From Trichodelitschia bisporula (taxonomy: Eukaryota), in contig ML996689.1 in NCBI GenBank assembly GCA_010356995.1, positions 1,506,691-1,570,690 on the forward strand: a DNA stretch of 64,000 bases, in the 5' to 3' direction. Numbering within the stretch: position 1 is the first letter of the stretch; every line of letters begins with the position of its first letter. Made by a program: the position numbers and the translations under genes. This document shows, one piece after another, positions 1 through 12,308 of this stretch. The notes beneath the pieces were generated by a model. It saw nothing but the letters and a program-made list of their open reading frames with translations. It was not told the origin of the DNA and did no database searches.

Positions 1-837
1 TCCTCCATAACCCAGGTTGTCGGTAAGTCGTATCTTCTCGTCTTACTCTTTCTTTCCAAGACAGTTGTTGTCTTCTTGTCTCTCACCTCGTGCCTCAATC
101 TTATTTCCTCTCATCTATCCCTCCCCTCCACCAGCACCCCCCGCCACACTTCCATATACCCCGAGGTCCCTCATTCGCACCTCCTCTTCCGTTTGCTAAG
201 GTTTATCATATTCTTTTCATCTCCTCTCCCCGCCGAAAGAAGATTTGTCCCATTGTAGCCGCGGCTGGCTTTTACCGCAATATAGCCGACTGTCCCATCC
301 CCCACAGTCCTCGACCTCCAAACCACCCCAAACCCAGCAACCCGGACACTCTTGAGCTCCCGCCCCCACCCCCGGCAAGCGGCAGACAAGGCCAAAGGTC
401 AAAGCTTCAGCCCTCCCACTCAAAGTTGTTCCCATCCTATGCTGCATGCCCGGACTCGTCCCCGCGAACTGAACCCCGCCCCCCCGCGGACGAATCCTAC
501 TAGGGAAACCGGCTACATCCTCAACCGCCAGTCATGATTATGTGCTAGCAGCTTGCGCCGCCTACTGGAGTATTATGGCTGTTAACTGCTCGACTCTTTC
601 TCGTCCTCGCCGACCGCCTTTGCGCCTGAATCGGGATTCTACGTATCTCGAAACTACTTTGGAGAGATCGCCTGCAGTGACATCAGTCGCCAACGCTGCA
701 CGAGCCATTTATTCTATCCACGCCGGCTTTTGAACAACCACACCACCCTTTTCCCCCAAAACATATCCAGCAAATCAATACTAGATACACCTGTCGCGTG
801 TAATGCACCATTTACGACGACGACCGTGCCGTCCGCC

Positions 838-2615
838 ATGCTGCTCCCTCGAGCAATGTACTCCGCCCCGCCCGTCGAACACGACTTGCGCCGCGAGAAC
901 AACCCCACGCTGCTGTTTAGCTGGTGGACCACCTCATTTTCCCTCCTCATCATCATCTTCCGGCTCATCGGGCGCAAAGTGCGGAATAATGTCTTGTTCC
1001 CTGAGGACAAGGTCATGTTCCTCAGCACCATCCCGCTCGTCATCCGAATGGTGCTCGTCCACTTCGTGCTTATCTGGGGCACGAATAACACCGACCTTGC
1101 GACTGAGCACTTGACTGAATTGCAGATTTGGCACCGGTCATTAGGCTCGCGGTTTGTACTGGGTGCGCGCATCTTTTATGCGCTCTAGTGAGTTTTGAAG
1201 GTAGTCGTTTAATCATGCCGTTTCTGACGGGACGCAGCATCTGGATCGCCAAGTTCACAATCAGCGAATTCCTGAAGCGATTAACCCAGAACCACTGGAA
1301 GCAGTCGTACAACTACACCCTGCATTTCATCCGCTACTTCCTCGTAGCAACTTTCATCGCCGTCGTCATCGCCACCCTCGCCGAATGCCAACCCATCACG
1401 CACTACTGGCAAGTAGTCCCCGACCCAGGCGCCCAATGCCGACAAGGCTACGCCCAACTGATCACCATGGGCACGGCGGACATAATAACCGACGTCCTGC
1501 TCATCATCTTCCCCATCCCCATCGTCCTCCAATCGTCATCCTTCCCCGCCTCCCGCAAAATAACCCTCACCCTCGCCTTCTCCCTCTCCGGCATCCTAAT
1601 AGGAATAACCGCCTACCGCGTCCCCTCCGTTATCGCGAGGCACGGCAAGCAGCAATACCGCACCGTCTTCGCCAGCGGCGAAATTCTCGCCGCCGCCGCC
1701 GTCTCCAATGTAATCGTGCTGGGCTCCTTCCTGCGCGACCGCGGCGTCAAGCGCCACCGCTACGCCTACAGGACAACCTCGTCTGGCGCCGACTCCTTCG
1801 ACCGCACCTCCTCCTCCCGCCGCATGACGCTCAACGCCTGGCTCGGCGCCGAATACGGCGACCTAGTCGAGGACATGTGTTTCCGCACCGAGGAAATGGG
1901 GCCCCGCCGCGCGCCCCGCCCCTCCGTCAGCACCGAGCTGAAAACGGACCTCGAGAACGAGGCGGAGAAAAGGGATAACCCGCCTGCCGCGGACCGTGCG
2001 AGCGAGGGCTCGAGCCGCGACACGGGGGCTACGCTTGTGCCCGACGCTGACGCTGTGCATGACGCTGAGATGGATGCCGTGCCCGAGCCGCACCCGTCTG
2101 CGACGCCGGATACCCGCGACGCGCCGCGGAAGCGCGCGGTTAGCTTCTGCGATGTTGGTGGGCTGCTCGGCGACCCTGTCCCCGAAGCGCCCGTGCCTGC
2201 GCACGCGAGGCCCAGTATCGCAAGGCGGATTAGTAATGTGACGCTGGGGAGGCCGGCGCCGGTGCCGGTTGTGGCGGGGGCGAGGAGGGGGAGTCGGAAT
2301 GTGCTTTCCGACATCGGAGGACTAGTCATGGGGCGACAACACCACGGGCGTCACGGCGAGGGCGGAAGTGGAAGCGGAAGTGGGGCGGGGATGGAGATAC
2401 GGGATCCCGGGGGGCTACTCGGGGATGGGGATGAATCTGTGTCGAGGGTGGGGGCGGGGACGCCGGGGGGTAGTGTGTTCCGCACGGCGAGTGTGTTTGC
2501 GGGGTCGGCGCGGAGTTCGACTAGACGGTTGGAGGAGGGGGTTAGTCCGACGAGTGGTGGGATGGGGCCGTTGGGGGAGGTGCATGGGGTGGGGAAGGGG
2601 GATGAGATGGTTTAG
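838..2615 (+). CDS. PTH11-like / rhodopsin-domain integral membrane protein (2 exons: 838-1187, 1238-2615)
   Basis: ATG at 838. Intron 1188-1237 (GTGAGT..CTGAC..CAG) joins YAL-Y-IWIAKF in frame. About 7 hydrophobic segments, plus ECQPITHYWQVVPDPGAQC and DIITDVLLIIFPIP motifs typical of fungal PTH11-type proteins. Disordered C-terminal tail. Confidence 0.8.
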
Positions 2616-2989
2616 GTCTTTTTTTGGTCGAATTGGAGGAGTGGGAGGGTTGGATTTTTGATCTGGTTGCGTTCAGCGTTATACCCCTTTTCTTCCTTTT
2701 CGGGGCTGGTGGTGCATGGTGTGGGTTGATGTATCTGGATGGATACCCGGTGATGGGCGGTTGGGTTTGGTTCTGGTTCGGTGGTTGGGTAACGGGTAAT
2801 CATGACGGGCTACGATGGACATGAAGCATAGAACAGCATATATAGATCAGACGGGCGGGGGGATACTCATCGCATCGGTGCATGGCCATGGATCAATGAA
2901 CATACACGCCGCATTCGCGCTATGGTATCAATTCACGCTCTACTTCCACGTCAAGTGAAATCGCGGTCTCTCCTCTATGTACCCAACCC

Positions 2990-4600
2990 CTACTTCCCCT
3001 GCCGTCCCTTCTCTCTCTTCTCCCGCATATACCGCATACTCCTCCCCCACCCCGCCGTAAAAAAACTCTTCACACTCTGCACTGTCGCCGGCCACATAAC
3101 CGTCTGATACACGGCCCTCCTAACCACATCCGGTAAATCCGCCTCCGCGGCCACCCTTCTATCAACCTCGCCGGCCTCCCTCCTCCGGAAACCAGCTGGA
3201 TCCTCGTCGCGCGTCTCCGCGAGGAGCGCTTCGTACTCTGCGCGGCCCATGCGCCATTTAGCCTGGTACGCGGCGTACACACGCTCGCGCAAGCAGCGCG
3301 GCAAACGGCGGACCATATTCGCGCGGCGGTTTGGGTCGAGGTCCTGCGCAAGTCGGACATCGGGCGCGTCAGCCGCGCCGCCGGCGACCGCCTCCTGGGC
3401 TAAGACGTCGTCGGGCGGCGGCCAGAGGCCCTCACCCGTCCAGGTCAGATTCGGCAGGTCGCGGATGAGCGGGGCGTAGAGCTGGCGGAAGTTGGGGAGC
3501 TGGCGGGTGACGATGTTGCGCACCTTGGAGGGGTGCTCAGCGGCGAGAGCGGGGCTCATGCGGGGGTCGCCGGTGTAGCTGAGGCTCGCAATCGCGGTGT
3601 AAAGGTCTGCTTCGGTGAAGGACTCGGGGAGGAGCAGGAGTGCGGTTCGGACGGCGCCGAGGAGGTTGATTTGATTGGCGAGGCGGACGCGCGGGTCGTC
3701 GCGGAGGATTTTGACGGGTTTGTGCAGGCGCCCCGCTAGGTAGAGGGTGGACCAGGTGGAGAGGTCGTCGGTTAGGGTGTCTAGATTTACGACGCCGTAT
3801 TTAACGAGGGTGCCGTTGAGGGTTATGTAGGGGTTGAAGTAGACGCCGGCGCCAAATTTGTCTTGCACGCGGGAGACGGCGCCGGAGCCGAGGGAGCCGA
3901 GGAAGGAGTAGTGGTCCCGGTGCTGATGGAGGTTTAGCGAGTGCCAGTGTTGCGTGTGAGATACGCCGAAAATGAAGTCTATCATCTTGCCCCCGCCCTT
4001 CTGCCACTTGACGATGGCCTCCGGCGGGTTCGGATGCGGGGAGAGATTCGGCGGCGTCGGAGGCGCGTTGGGATCCGTCTGCGCGAACACGCCGGAGCCA
4101 TACGCAATGGCATAGCGGATTGGCGCACGGAACTGCCACAGCATCTGGCGCAGGCTCTCCTTGAAGTCCGCATTGATGCGCATGTGCTGGTTGTACCCGA
4201 AGGTCGCGTACGGGAGCTGGCTGAACGCCGTGATGTTCCAGTCCGGATCATCCTCCCAGCGCTTCTGCTCCTCGTCCTTCACATTGTCCGGCGACGTGGG
4301 CTTGGGCTTCGGGGACGGGGATGACGCGCTCGCGGCGGCGGACGCGGCTTCTTCGGCTTGGGTAGCGTCGGGCGGCGACGGCTGTTCCTTCAAGCGGGGG
4401 GGGGAGGACGAGAGGGCGCGGGGGTGGTCGATGCGCGCGCGCTGCAGCCATGCGATGTTGCTCTGGAGCTGGCGGTGGGTGGCCATGACGGCGTTGAGGC
4501 GCACGACGGGCTTTGATAGTCAGGTACGAGAAAACAGGGCGGGAATGACGACAATGGATGTGGGGAGGGGGGAGCTTACGGGTAAACGCAGCAAAGCCAT
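2990..4600 (-). CDS. TAM41: Mitochondrial phosphatidate cytidylyltransferase Tam41/Mmp37 (exons 4600-4580, 4510-2990)
   Basis: Motifs YAIAYGSGVF, MIDFIFGV, GAGVYFNPY, LYLAGRLHKPV, SYTGDPRM. A 21-nt first exon MALLRLP followed by a GTAAGC..CTGAC..AAG intron gives an Arg-rich presequence-like N-terminus. Confidence 0.93.
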
Positions 4601-5397
4601 GATTGGAATGTGACACGCGGGCTATCGGTGCATTGAAGGATCTGGAGTGAAGACACGCTGGTGAAGTTGACGGATGTATAAGTTGTTGTGCGGGTGGGAT
4701 GTCGTGGCCGGCGCAATTGTGTTGCGCGTTTGCTGGTGATGCCGAAGGAGAAGGAACTGACGCAGCTGTTGGCACCCCTGTCGGCTCGGAGCTTCGGGCA
4801 GCCTTACATTACGCCGAGACATCCGGGGAGTCGATCGCAATCGCTGAAGGGCAAGAGTGCCTGGTTTTCACAAGCCGGGTGATCTTGTTTCGGCAGTGGA
4901 ATGCACAAAGATCGTCTTCTGCTTAGCTCTATATGAAGTTATAACCGACACGCCTGCTCATTAGCGAACACACACACGTTAGTTGTGTAGATTAAGCGGT
5001 AGCGGAGTAATAAGAGGCTCTTCTTGTCCGGCTGTGGCGCCGACGAGGCATCAGCCACGATGACGCCACTGTTCATTTGTGTGGAGTCGTCTTGGCCAGT
5101 TACCCGCCTTGGCTACCTTCCCGGATCAACTTTAAGCCGAGAAAGTGAAGATCACATGATCCGTAGGTGGCCCCTGCTTGTGTGTTTTGATTCGTGTTGT
5201 GGAAGTCGCGCTGGTCCTGCGACTTCCTCGCGCACCACTTCCCCACATCACTGCACCTCAGCCTCTCCCACACCCCAACCGCCTCAACACCTGCCTGCAT
5301 CTAGTTTGCGCGTTAAGCACAGATCTCTGCAACGCCCTTCACGCTTGAACGCGTTCCCTTTCCTCTGAATCCCTTCATCGCTTGCGATATCTTCACC

Positions 5398-8300
5398 ATG
5401 GCCCTTCCTGAAGGGGTCCACACCCTCGCGGGGCGCACCGCGACTTTCGAAACACCCTTCCAGCTTCCCAAGCAACGCGCTTCAGGCACGAAGAAGGGAG
5501 CCAAGACCACAGTCTCATGGCCGCACGCAGAGTTATCTCCAGAAGAGGTATGCAGCGCATTGTGGATGCTGGGAACGCGCTAACGCGGCGCAGCTTGCTC
5601 GCGCTGGCTTCTTCTACAGACCCGAACATGACAAGCTCGACAACACCCAGTGCTTCATGTGTTTTGTCCAAATTGTCGATTGGGAGCCAACGGACATCCC
5701 TAGCGTAGAGCATCTCAAGTGCCAACCGGCCTGCGGCTGGGCCATCAACAGCGATATTGGCAATCGTCTGGCACTGGGAGAAGAAGTTGACCATGACCCT
5801 ATGGCCGAAGAGTTTCTCGAAGCGCGCAAGGATACCTTTACCGATGCTTGGCCGCACGAACAAAAGAAAGGATGGAAATGCAAAATCGCAAAGGTCGGTA
5901 CCAGCGCGTCACCGCTCTTGGTCTGTTGACGTGTCGCTAACGCATCTAGATGGCGTCGGCCGGGTGGTGCTACGATCCGAGCCCCGAGTACGAGGACGGA
6001 GCAACCTGTTTTTACTGCGGCCTTTCCCTTGACGGTTGGGAGCCCAAAGATGACCCAGTGTACGTTCCCTATGATGTATTACGGTCCCAGACTTACCTCT
6101 AGCAGAAAAGAACATAAGCAGCGCCGTCCGGACTGTGTCTTCTTCGAGCTCACCGAGAAATACCGGAACCAGAAGCGTACCAAAGGCCGCAAAGGTAGCA
6201 TTTCGCGGACAGCTCGCCAGTCCTCTCAGAGCGTCACATTCGCTGAAGCGCCATCTTACATTTCAATAGGTGATTCTTCCGTTGCCGCAGACGATAGCAT
6301 CATGACGACTGCCACAACGGCCTCTGGCACAAAGCGCAAGGCTAAAGCTGCCGCGAAGCCGCGTGCCAAACGTGCCAAGAAGGCTACTGCTGAAGAATCA
6401 TCCATTGCGAACTTCTCCCAAGACGAGGAAATGAACGAAGCCCCCGAGCCAAAGAAGCGAACCCGCCGTGGAAAGGCCACGGTCGATGACTCTGTGATGG
6501 ATGATGAGGCATCCATTATCGAGCCGAAGAAGACGACGCGCCGTGGAAAGGCCATGATCGATGACTCTGCGGTGAATGTTGAGGCATCCATTATCGAGCC
6601 GAAGAAGTCAGTACGCCGCGGAAAGGCCACGATCGATGACTCTGCAATGGACGTTGAGGCCTCCGTCATCATTACGCAAGAAAAGCCTAAAAGACAAACT
6701 CGTCGTGGAAAGACTACGATTGACGACTCTGTCATGGACGGCGTTGAATCTGTCCAGGGCGACATCGAACCTCCCAAGAAGCAGATACGCCGCGGGAAGG
6801 CTGCGGCCGACAATTCCGTCATGACCATCGAAGAGCCTGTGGAAGCTCCGAAGAAGCAGACGCGCCGCAAGAAGGGTGCATTGGACGATTCGGTCGCTGA
6901 CAATGGCTACGCGATGGAAGAAGTCATTGCACCTCCCAAGAAGCAGACGCGTGGCAAGAAGCAGATTGACGATTCCGTTATGGCCGATGCCGACGTGGTT
7001 CAGGAGACCACTGAACTCCCGAAGAAGCAGACACGCAAGGCTAGTCGCACCCAGAAGCCGTCGGCACTTGAAGACTGGGTCATGGACCAGGAACCTCAGG
7101 AGCCTCCCTCGAACGGAGCGCGGAACCGGTTGAGCGAGGACGAGAGCCAGTTGCATCTGGAGCTCCAGAGGGCCGTCGAAAACTCGCTCGTGTCGGCCAG
7201 CACGCCTACCATGACTCCAGCTAAGCGCGGTACGAAGCGTACCAGCGATGGTGCTACGAAGCTTCAGTCGGTCGAACAGTCCGTTATTATCATCGAGAAC
7301 TCGCATGTTCAGGTCGAGGTTGAGGTCGAAGAACCGAAGCCCAAGCGCGCCCGCAAGACGAAGAAAGCCGCAGAAGAGGCCTCCACCGCGCAGGAAGGGG
7401 CTGGCCATCCAATTGTGGAGGTTGCTAAACCCGCGCCTAAAGGTCGGAAGGCCAAGAAGCCGGCGAAAGCTCCGTCTCCCGAACCCGTGCCCGAACCCGA
7501 ATTTGAGCCGGAGCCTGTGCTCGCTACGCCGGAACAGTACCATGAACCGCTCATTTCTTCCGTTCGCATGCCGCTCTCGGAGCTCTCGGCGCCTGAGCGC
7601 GAGTCAACCCCGTCCCAGGTTCTTCAAGGCCAGGACGAAAACGAGATTCCTGAGCATTACATGGTCGCTGCGCCTACCCCCCCCAATCATGCTACTCCTG
7701 TCCCTAGCGACACCGACTCTCCTCTCCCTGAGGAACTGGCCACTCCGACGCCAATTCGCCGTCGTGACGCTCCTGGCACAAGTGCAAGCTATGCCGAAAG
7801 CTTGCGCAGCCTTGGAAATCGCTTGTTCACCCCCGGAAAGGGCTTCAGACCCGGTACACAACTCACGCCTGGAGAGAGGTTCACGCCAATTAATCAGGAC
7901 TCTCTTTCTATCTCGCCACAAAGCTCGAACGCCGAAAACCGCCCACCTCCAGAGGTTTATTCGTCACCGGGCAAAGACTCGCCTACGGCGAACCGCGGTC
8001 TGGGCGCGATTCCTGACCTCATGCCAGGGACGGTCACCCGGGTGCCACTCAGGTCTACTACGCCGCAGCAGTCCCCGTCCCGCCGCAATGTCGCGAAGTC
8101 GGTAGTCCCTTGGTCGCCCGCGGACATCGAGACTGTCCTTGCCGCTGGAGGAAGCCCTCTGAAGATGCGTCTTTTAGGCGACCACGCGGCAGAGGATCAT
8201 GAACAGAACGAGGAAGGCGCTGTCTACGGAGTGCCGGATGATGTGGAACTCGATGATATGGAGCCCGAGGAATTGGAAGACGTGGTTGAGAGGATTCTGG

Positions 8301-8473
8301 AAGAAATGGGCCCCGACCAACATGACATGACCGTTGCTGAGTGGCTTCGGTACAATGCCAGCCACAGCGCTGGCAATCTGCGCTCGAGGTGTGAGGCCAT
8401 GGTGAGGGTGTTCAGGGCGGAGGGTGAGCGTGCGAAAGCTAGCCTTGAGGGAATTCAGACTGGAGACGAGTAG
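5398..8473 (+). CDS. BIR1: BIR-domain chromosomal passenger protein Bir1 (survivin-like); introns 5548-5593, 5894-5949, 6060-6105
   Basis: Two spliced BIR zinc fingers (LARAGFFY..CFMC..WEPTD.P..EH....C; MASAGWCY..CFYC..LDGWEPKDDPVKEH....C). Long disordered middle. C-terminal MTVAEWL..CEAMV..F..EG.RA..LEGI helix typical of fungal Bir1. Confidence 0.9.
6440..7040 (+). repeat. Coding tandem repeat in bir1, about 8 degenerate copies of (E/A)PKKxTRRGKAxxDDSxM
   Basis: Recurrent aagaag..cgccg(t/c)ggaaaggcc..gatgactc units at ~70-85 nt spacing. Confidence 0.85.
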
Positions 8474-9781
8474 GCTGGCATGCTGGAGGATGGAAGTGGA
8501 ATGACTTTTATGACTGCGGATCTGGAGACAACGGTGTTTTGGTGTTCCCGGCTGGGGTTACGAGTGTGGGTCTGGCAGGCGATTGGTGTTGGGTGATGGC
8601 GTTGGGAAGTTGTGGCCAACTGCCTCTGGATTGATTTGCTGGCATGACTCCTTTGCTGTAACTCAATGAAATGATGGCACTTACAGGCAATATGAGTGAG
8701 AACCTGGTTGATGATGTCGGTTTCTGATAACAATGCGGCTCGTGAGCCTGCCCGGCTTGGTGTCCACAGTGGCCGAGACCAGTTCATCTATGCCGATCAG
8801 CTGCGGCTAGTGACCTTGCGCAGCCTTGATCCCCGGGGTTCAACCCGGTTACTTGCCCGTCGTGGCATACAAGGGTGAAACCGAAAGGCAAGGTGTCAAA
8901 TCCGACAGCACTCTCAATTACAACAGCGGAGCCACGAGGGTTTGACAGGTAGGACAAGTGATAGGCTCATGGCTGCGGCTATTTACTTTTGCAAAGCATA
9001 CTGAGGTCCAACAGTGATGCCCTGGACAATAAGACACAATACATGTCTATCAGAGGCAAGCCCGCTCGCCGTTTTAGAAACATGAAAGCAGAGAAAAGAC
9101 TCGAACCAACATATTCGGTATATATTTATTCACCGTAGGATTGTGATGGCATCTAGGGCTGCGTTTTCTTGGCTCTATGGCCAGAAGCTGCATTGATTGA
9201 GGATTGATTATTGATTGAGGGAGGAGCGGTTCAGAAGCATATACGTGGAGGTTTTCGGTGATCGGATGGGACCCTTGCGTCGGAGGATAATCGGTAAGCG
9301 ATGCTCTCACGGCTCTCTCTGGCGGACGTTGTGAGCTGCTACGCAGACGAACGTACACAATTCAAAATAGCAACCAACGCACATAGCAGTGAAGGTGTAG
9401 CCAGCGCCCATGCATGAATTAACAGCCTTCACAGAAATAGAGAAGTGGCTGATGCAGAGGGGCGCTTTCTAACGGTCGCAGCAGAGTGCTAGTTGCATGC
9501 ACGTGCTGGGGTGGTACGTTTCGGAGAAAGGATTGTTCCAGAAGCGCTGGAGCATCGGTCTTCCCAAGAGAACACGGTTTCGATTCGCGCAACCTCTCCA
9601 CGGCTTTATTAGCCTCACCCTCCAACTCCATTCCCAAGTCCTCCTCAACAGGAACCTCTCTGTACCCAAACTTCCATTAACTTCACCGCACACCATCGGA
9701 CCAATTGTCTTTGGTCTCTGTTGCTGCTGCCACTGCTCTGTCCTCACCCGTCGAAGCTGAGCAAGCTACGCTGAGCTAAAG

Positions 9782-11694
9782 ATGCGCATCACACAACTCG
9801 CTGCCGCGGCGGCACTGTGTGCTACCGCGTATGCCGATGTCACGGATGACATCAAGGAGGCTGCTTCCGAAATCGTCTCATCGGCGACCTCGATCGTGAA
9901 GCCTACCTTCACTGTGAGTTGACCGCGCCCTCACTGTCACATGGTCGTAACAGCTGCTGACATTCCACAGCCCACCTCCCTCAAGGCTCCGTTCCTTGAG
10001 CAGTTCACCGACGACTGGGAATCGAGGTGGAAGGCTTCCCATGCGAAGAAGCAGAATGACAAGTCGTCTGAGGAGGAGTGGGCCTACATTGGCAATTGGG
10101 CCGTCGAGGAGCCGACCGTTCTGGCCGGCACCGTCGGTGACAAGGGTCTCGTTGTCAAGGACAAGGCTGCCCACCACGCCATCTCGGCCAAGTTCCCCAA
10201 GCCCATCAACCCGAAGGGCAAGCCATTGGTGGTCCAGTACGAAGTCAAGCTTCAAGGTACATTCGCCGTTGTGACCAAAAGTGTCGTGCTAACAAATCAG
10301 ATGGTCTCGAGTGCGGTGGCGCCTATCTGAAGCTCCTCCAGGAGAACAAGAAGCTCCATCTGGATGAGTTCTCCAACGCCTCGCCTTACATCATCATGTT
10401 TGGCCCTGACAAGTGTGGTGCTACCAACAAGGCATGCTTACTTTGAGTCTGCTTCCAAACTTCAGCTAATAGCCCAGGTCCATTTCATCTTCCGCCACAA
10501 GAACCCCAAGACTGGCGAATATGAGGAGAAGCACCTCAACAACCCGCCCATGGCTCGCACCGTCAAGACCACGACACTGTACACGCTCATTGTCCACCCC
10601 AACAACACCTTCGCCATCAACATTGATGGTGAGGAGGCCAAGTCCGGCAGCCTCCTCGAGGACTTCACACCGTCTGTCAACCCCGAGAAGGAGATTGACG
10701 ACCCCAAGGACAAGAAGCCCGAGGACTGGGTTGATGAGGCCCGCATTGCGGACCCCGACGCGAAGAAGCCTGAGGACTGGGATGAGGATGCGCCCTTCGA
10801 GATCGTCGACGAGGAGGCCACCAAGCCCGCTGACTGGCTCGATGATGAGCCCACTATGATCCCTGATCCGGAGGCTGAGAAGCCCGAGGACTGGGATGAT
10901 GAGGAGGATGGTGACTGGGTCGCGCCCCAGGTGCCCAACCCCAAGTGCAGCGAGGCGTCTGGTTGCGGCAAGTGGGAGCCGCCGATGAAGAGCAACCCGG
11001 CCTACAAGGGCAAGTGGACTGCGCCGTTCATCGACAACCCCAAGTACAAAGGAGTCTGGAAGCCGCGCAAGATTGCGAACCCTGACTACTACGAGGACAA
11101 GCACCCCGCCAACTTCGAGCCCATGGGCGCTGTAAGTTACTCACCTCTTACGCCAGTGACCATTTCTAACGTGAGCAGATTGGCTTTGAGCTGTGGACGA
11201 TGCAGAACAACATGCTCTTCGACAACATCTACGTCGGCCACTCGTTTGAGGATGCCAACAAGCTCCGTGAGGAGACGTTCGAGCCGAAGGTCAAGGCTGA
11301 GAAGGCTGAGGAGGATGCCACCAAGCCCAAGGAAGAGGACCCGAAGGCCGATACTCCCGAGACCCCGGTTACCCTGAAGGAAGACCCGATCAAGTTCATC
11401 ACCCAAAAGGTTGAGAAGTTCATGGCGATCGCCAAGGTCGACGTTCTGGAGGCATTCAAGACTGTTCCTGAGGTCGGTGGCACCATCTTCACCGTTGCCC
11501 TGGTCTTCGTTTCCATTCTCCTGACCATGCTCACGGGCGGCGGCGCTCCGGCTCCGGCTCAGGTCAAGGCCAAGGCCAAGGAGATTGCGGACAAGGTCGC
11601 GGACAAGACCAAGGATGCAAAGGACAAGGCTGCCGAGGCGGTGGCCACTGGTGCGCAGAATGCCAAGGGCGAGGCCCAGAAGCGGAAGGCTTGA
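9782..11694 (+). CDS. CNE1: Calnexin (exons 9782-9913, 9971-10256, 10301-10431, 10478-11131, 11179-11694)
   Basis: Signal peptide [13 protein letters not shown]. Motifs [30 protein letters not shown]-domain KPEDWD repeats, [10 protein letters not shown]-terminal TM helix and Lys-rich tail. Confidence 0.96.
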
Positions 11695-12308
11695 ATGTAG
11701 CAGTAGTGGAATGGGTGTCGTTTCCAACTTAACTTTGAAGTATGGATGATGTAGGAAGGATCAGTTGTATCGAGGCGAGAATAACGGTACATGGGGACGC
11801 AAAAAGGGCTCCGAGACGGGCCACCCAAGGGAGCTGCTGTGATCTGGTTGTATCTTTACGCTATGGAGTTTGCGGGGGATGCTACTTGATCTGGCCTTGC
11901 TGGAATATTATGAGTTTCACTTGATGTCTCCGCGTGATTGCAGTGCAAGCGGCGTAAGGCTGAGGTGAATGGTGTGCCTTCACTGATATTTGAAGACCTT
12001 TTGCGCCTCCTAAACTGTGAGCAAGCACTGCGACCTGAGGGTCCGCTTCAGATAAACACATACTCGTATAGTACACTCTCGACGTATGTCATTCGTATAG
12101 TGAGGACCCCACAATATAGTCGTGTAGCGCGTTGCATACCCGCGAGTTCGCAGGCGGTAGCGTGGGCAAGTGGCGCATGATTGGCCAAGAAAAGTTGTGG
12201 GGCAGAAATTAGGTTGCGAAGCTCCAAAACTTCTGCGGGGCCCTGTTGAAATTCCAGTCGGCGTCTCCTCCAACACTTTTCTCTCCACAACAATACCCAA
12301 CAGCAATC

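Noticed and set aside
8690..9070. GC-rich ORF-poor stretch with TGATGA..CTGA and small stems, considered as snoRNA, RNase P/MRP or SRP RNA
   Set aside because: The C and D boxes are only ~10 nt apart, and I found no P4 or SRP helix-8 consensus on either strand. An Infernal search would settle it.
9495..9520. CACGTG/TACGT as a Hac1 UPRE in the calnexin promoter
   Set aside because: Plausible for an ER chaperone, but too short and common to call from one sequence.
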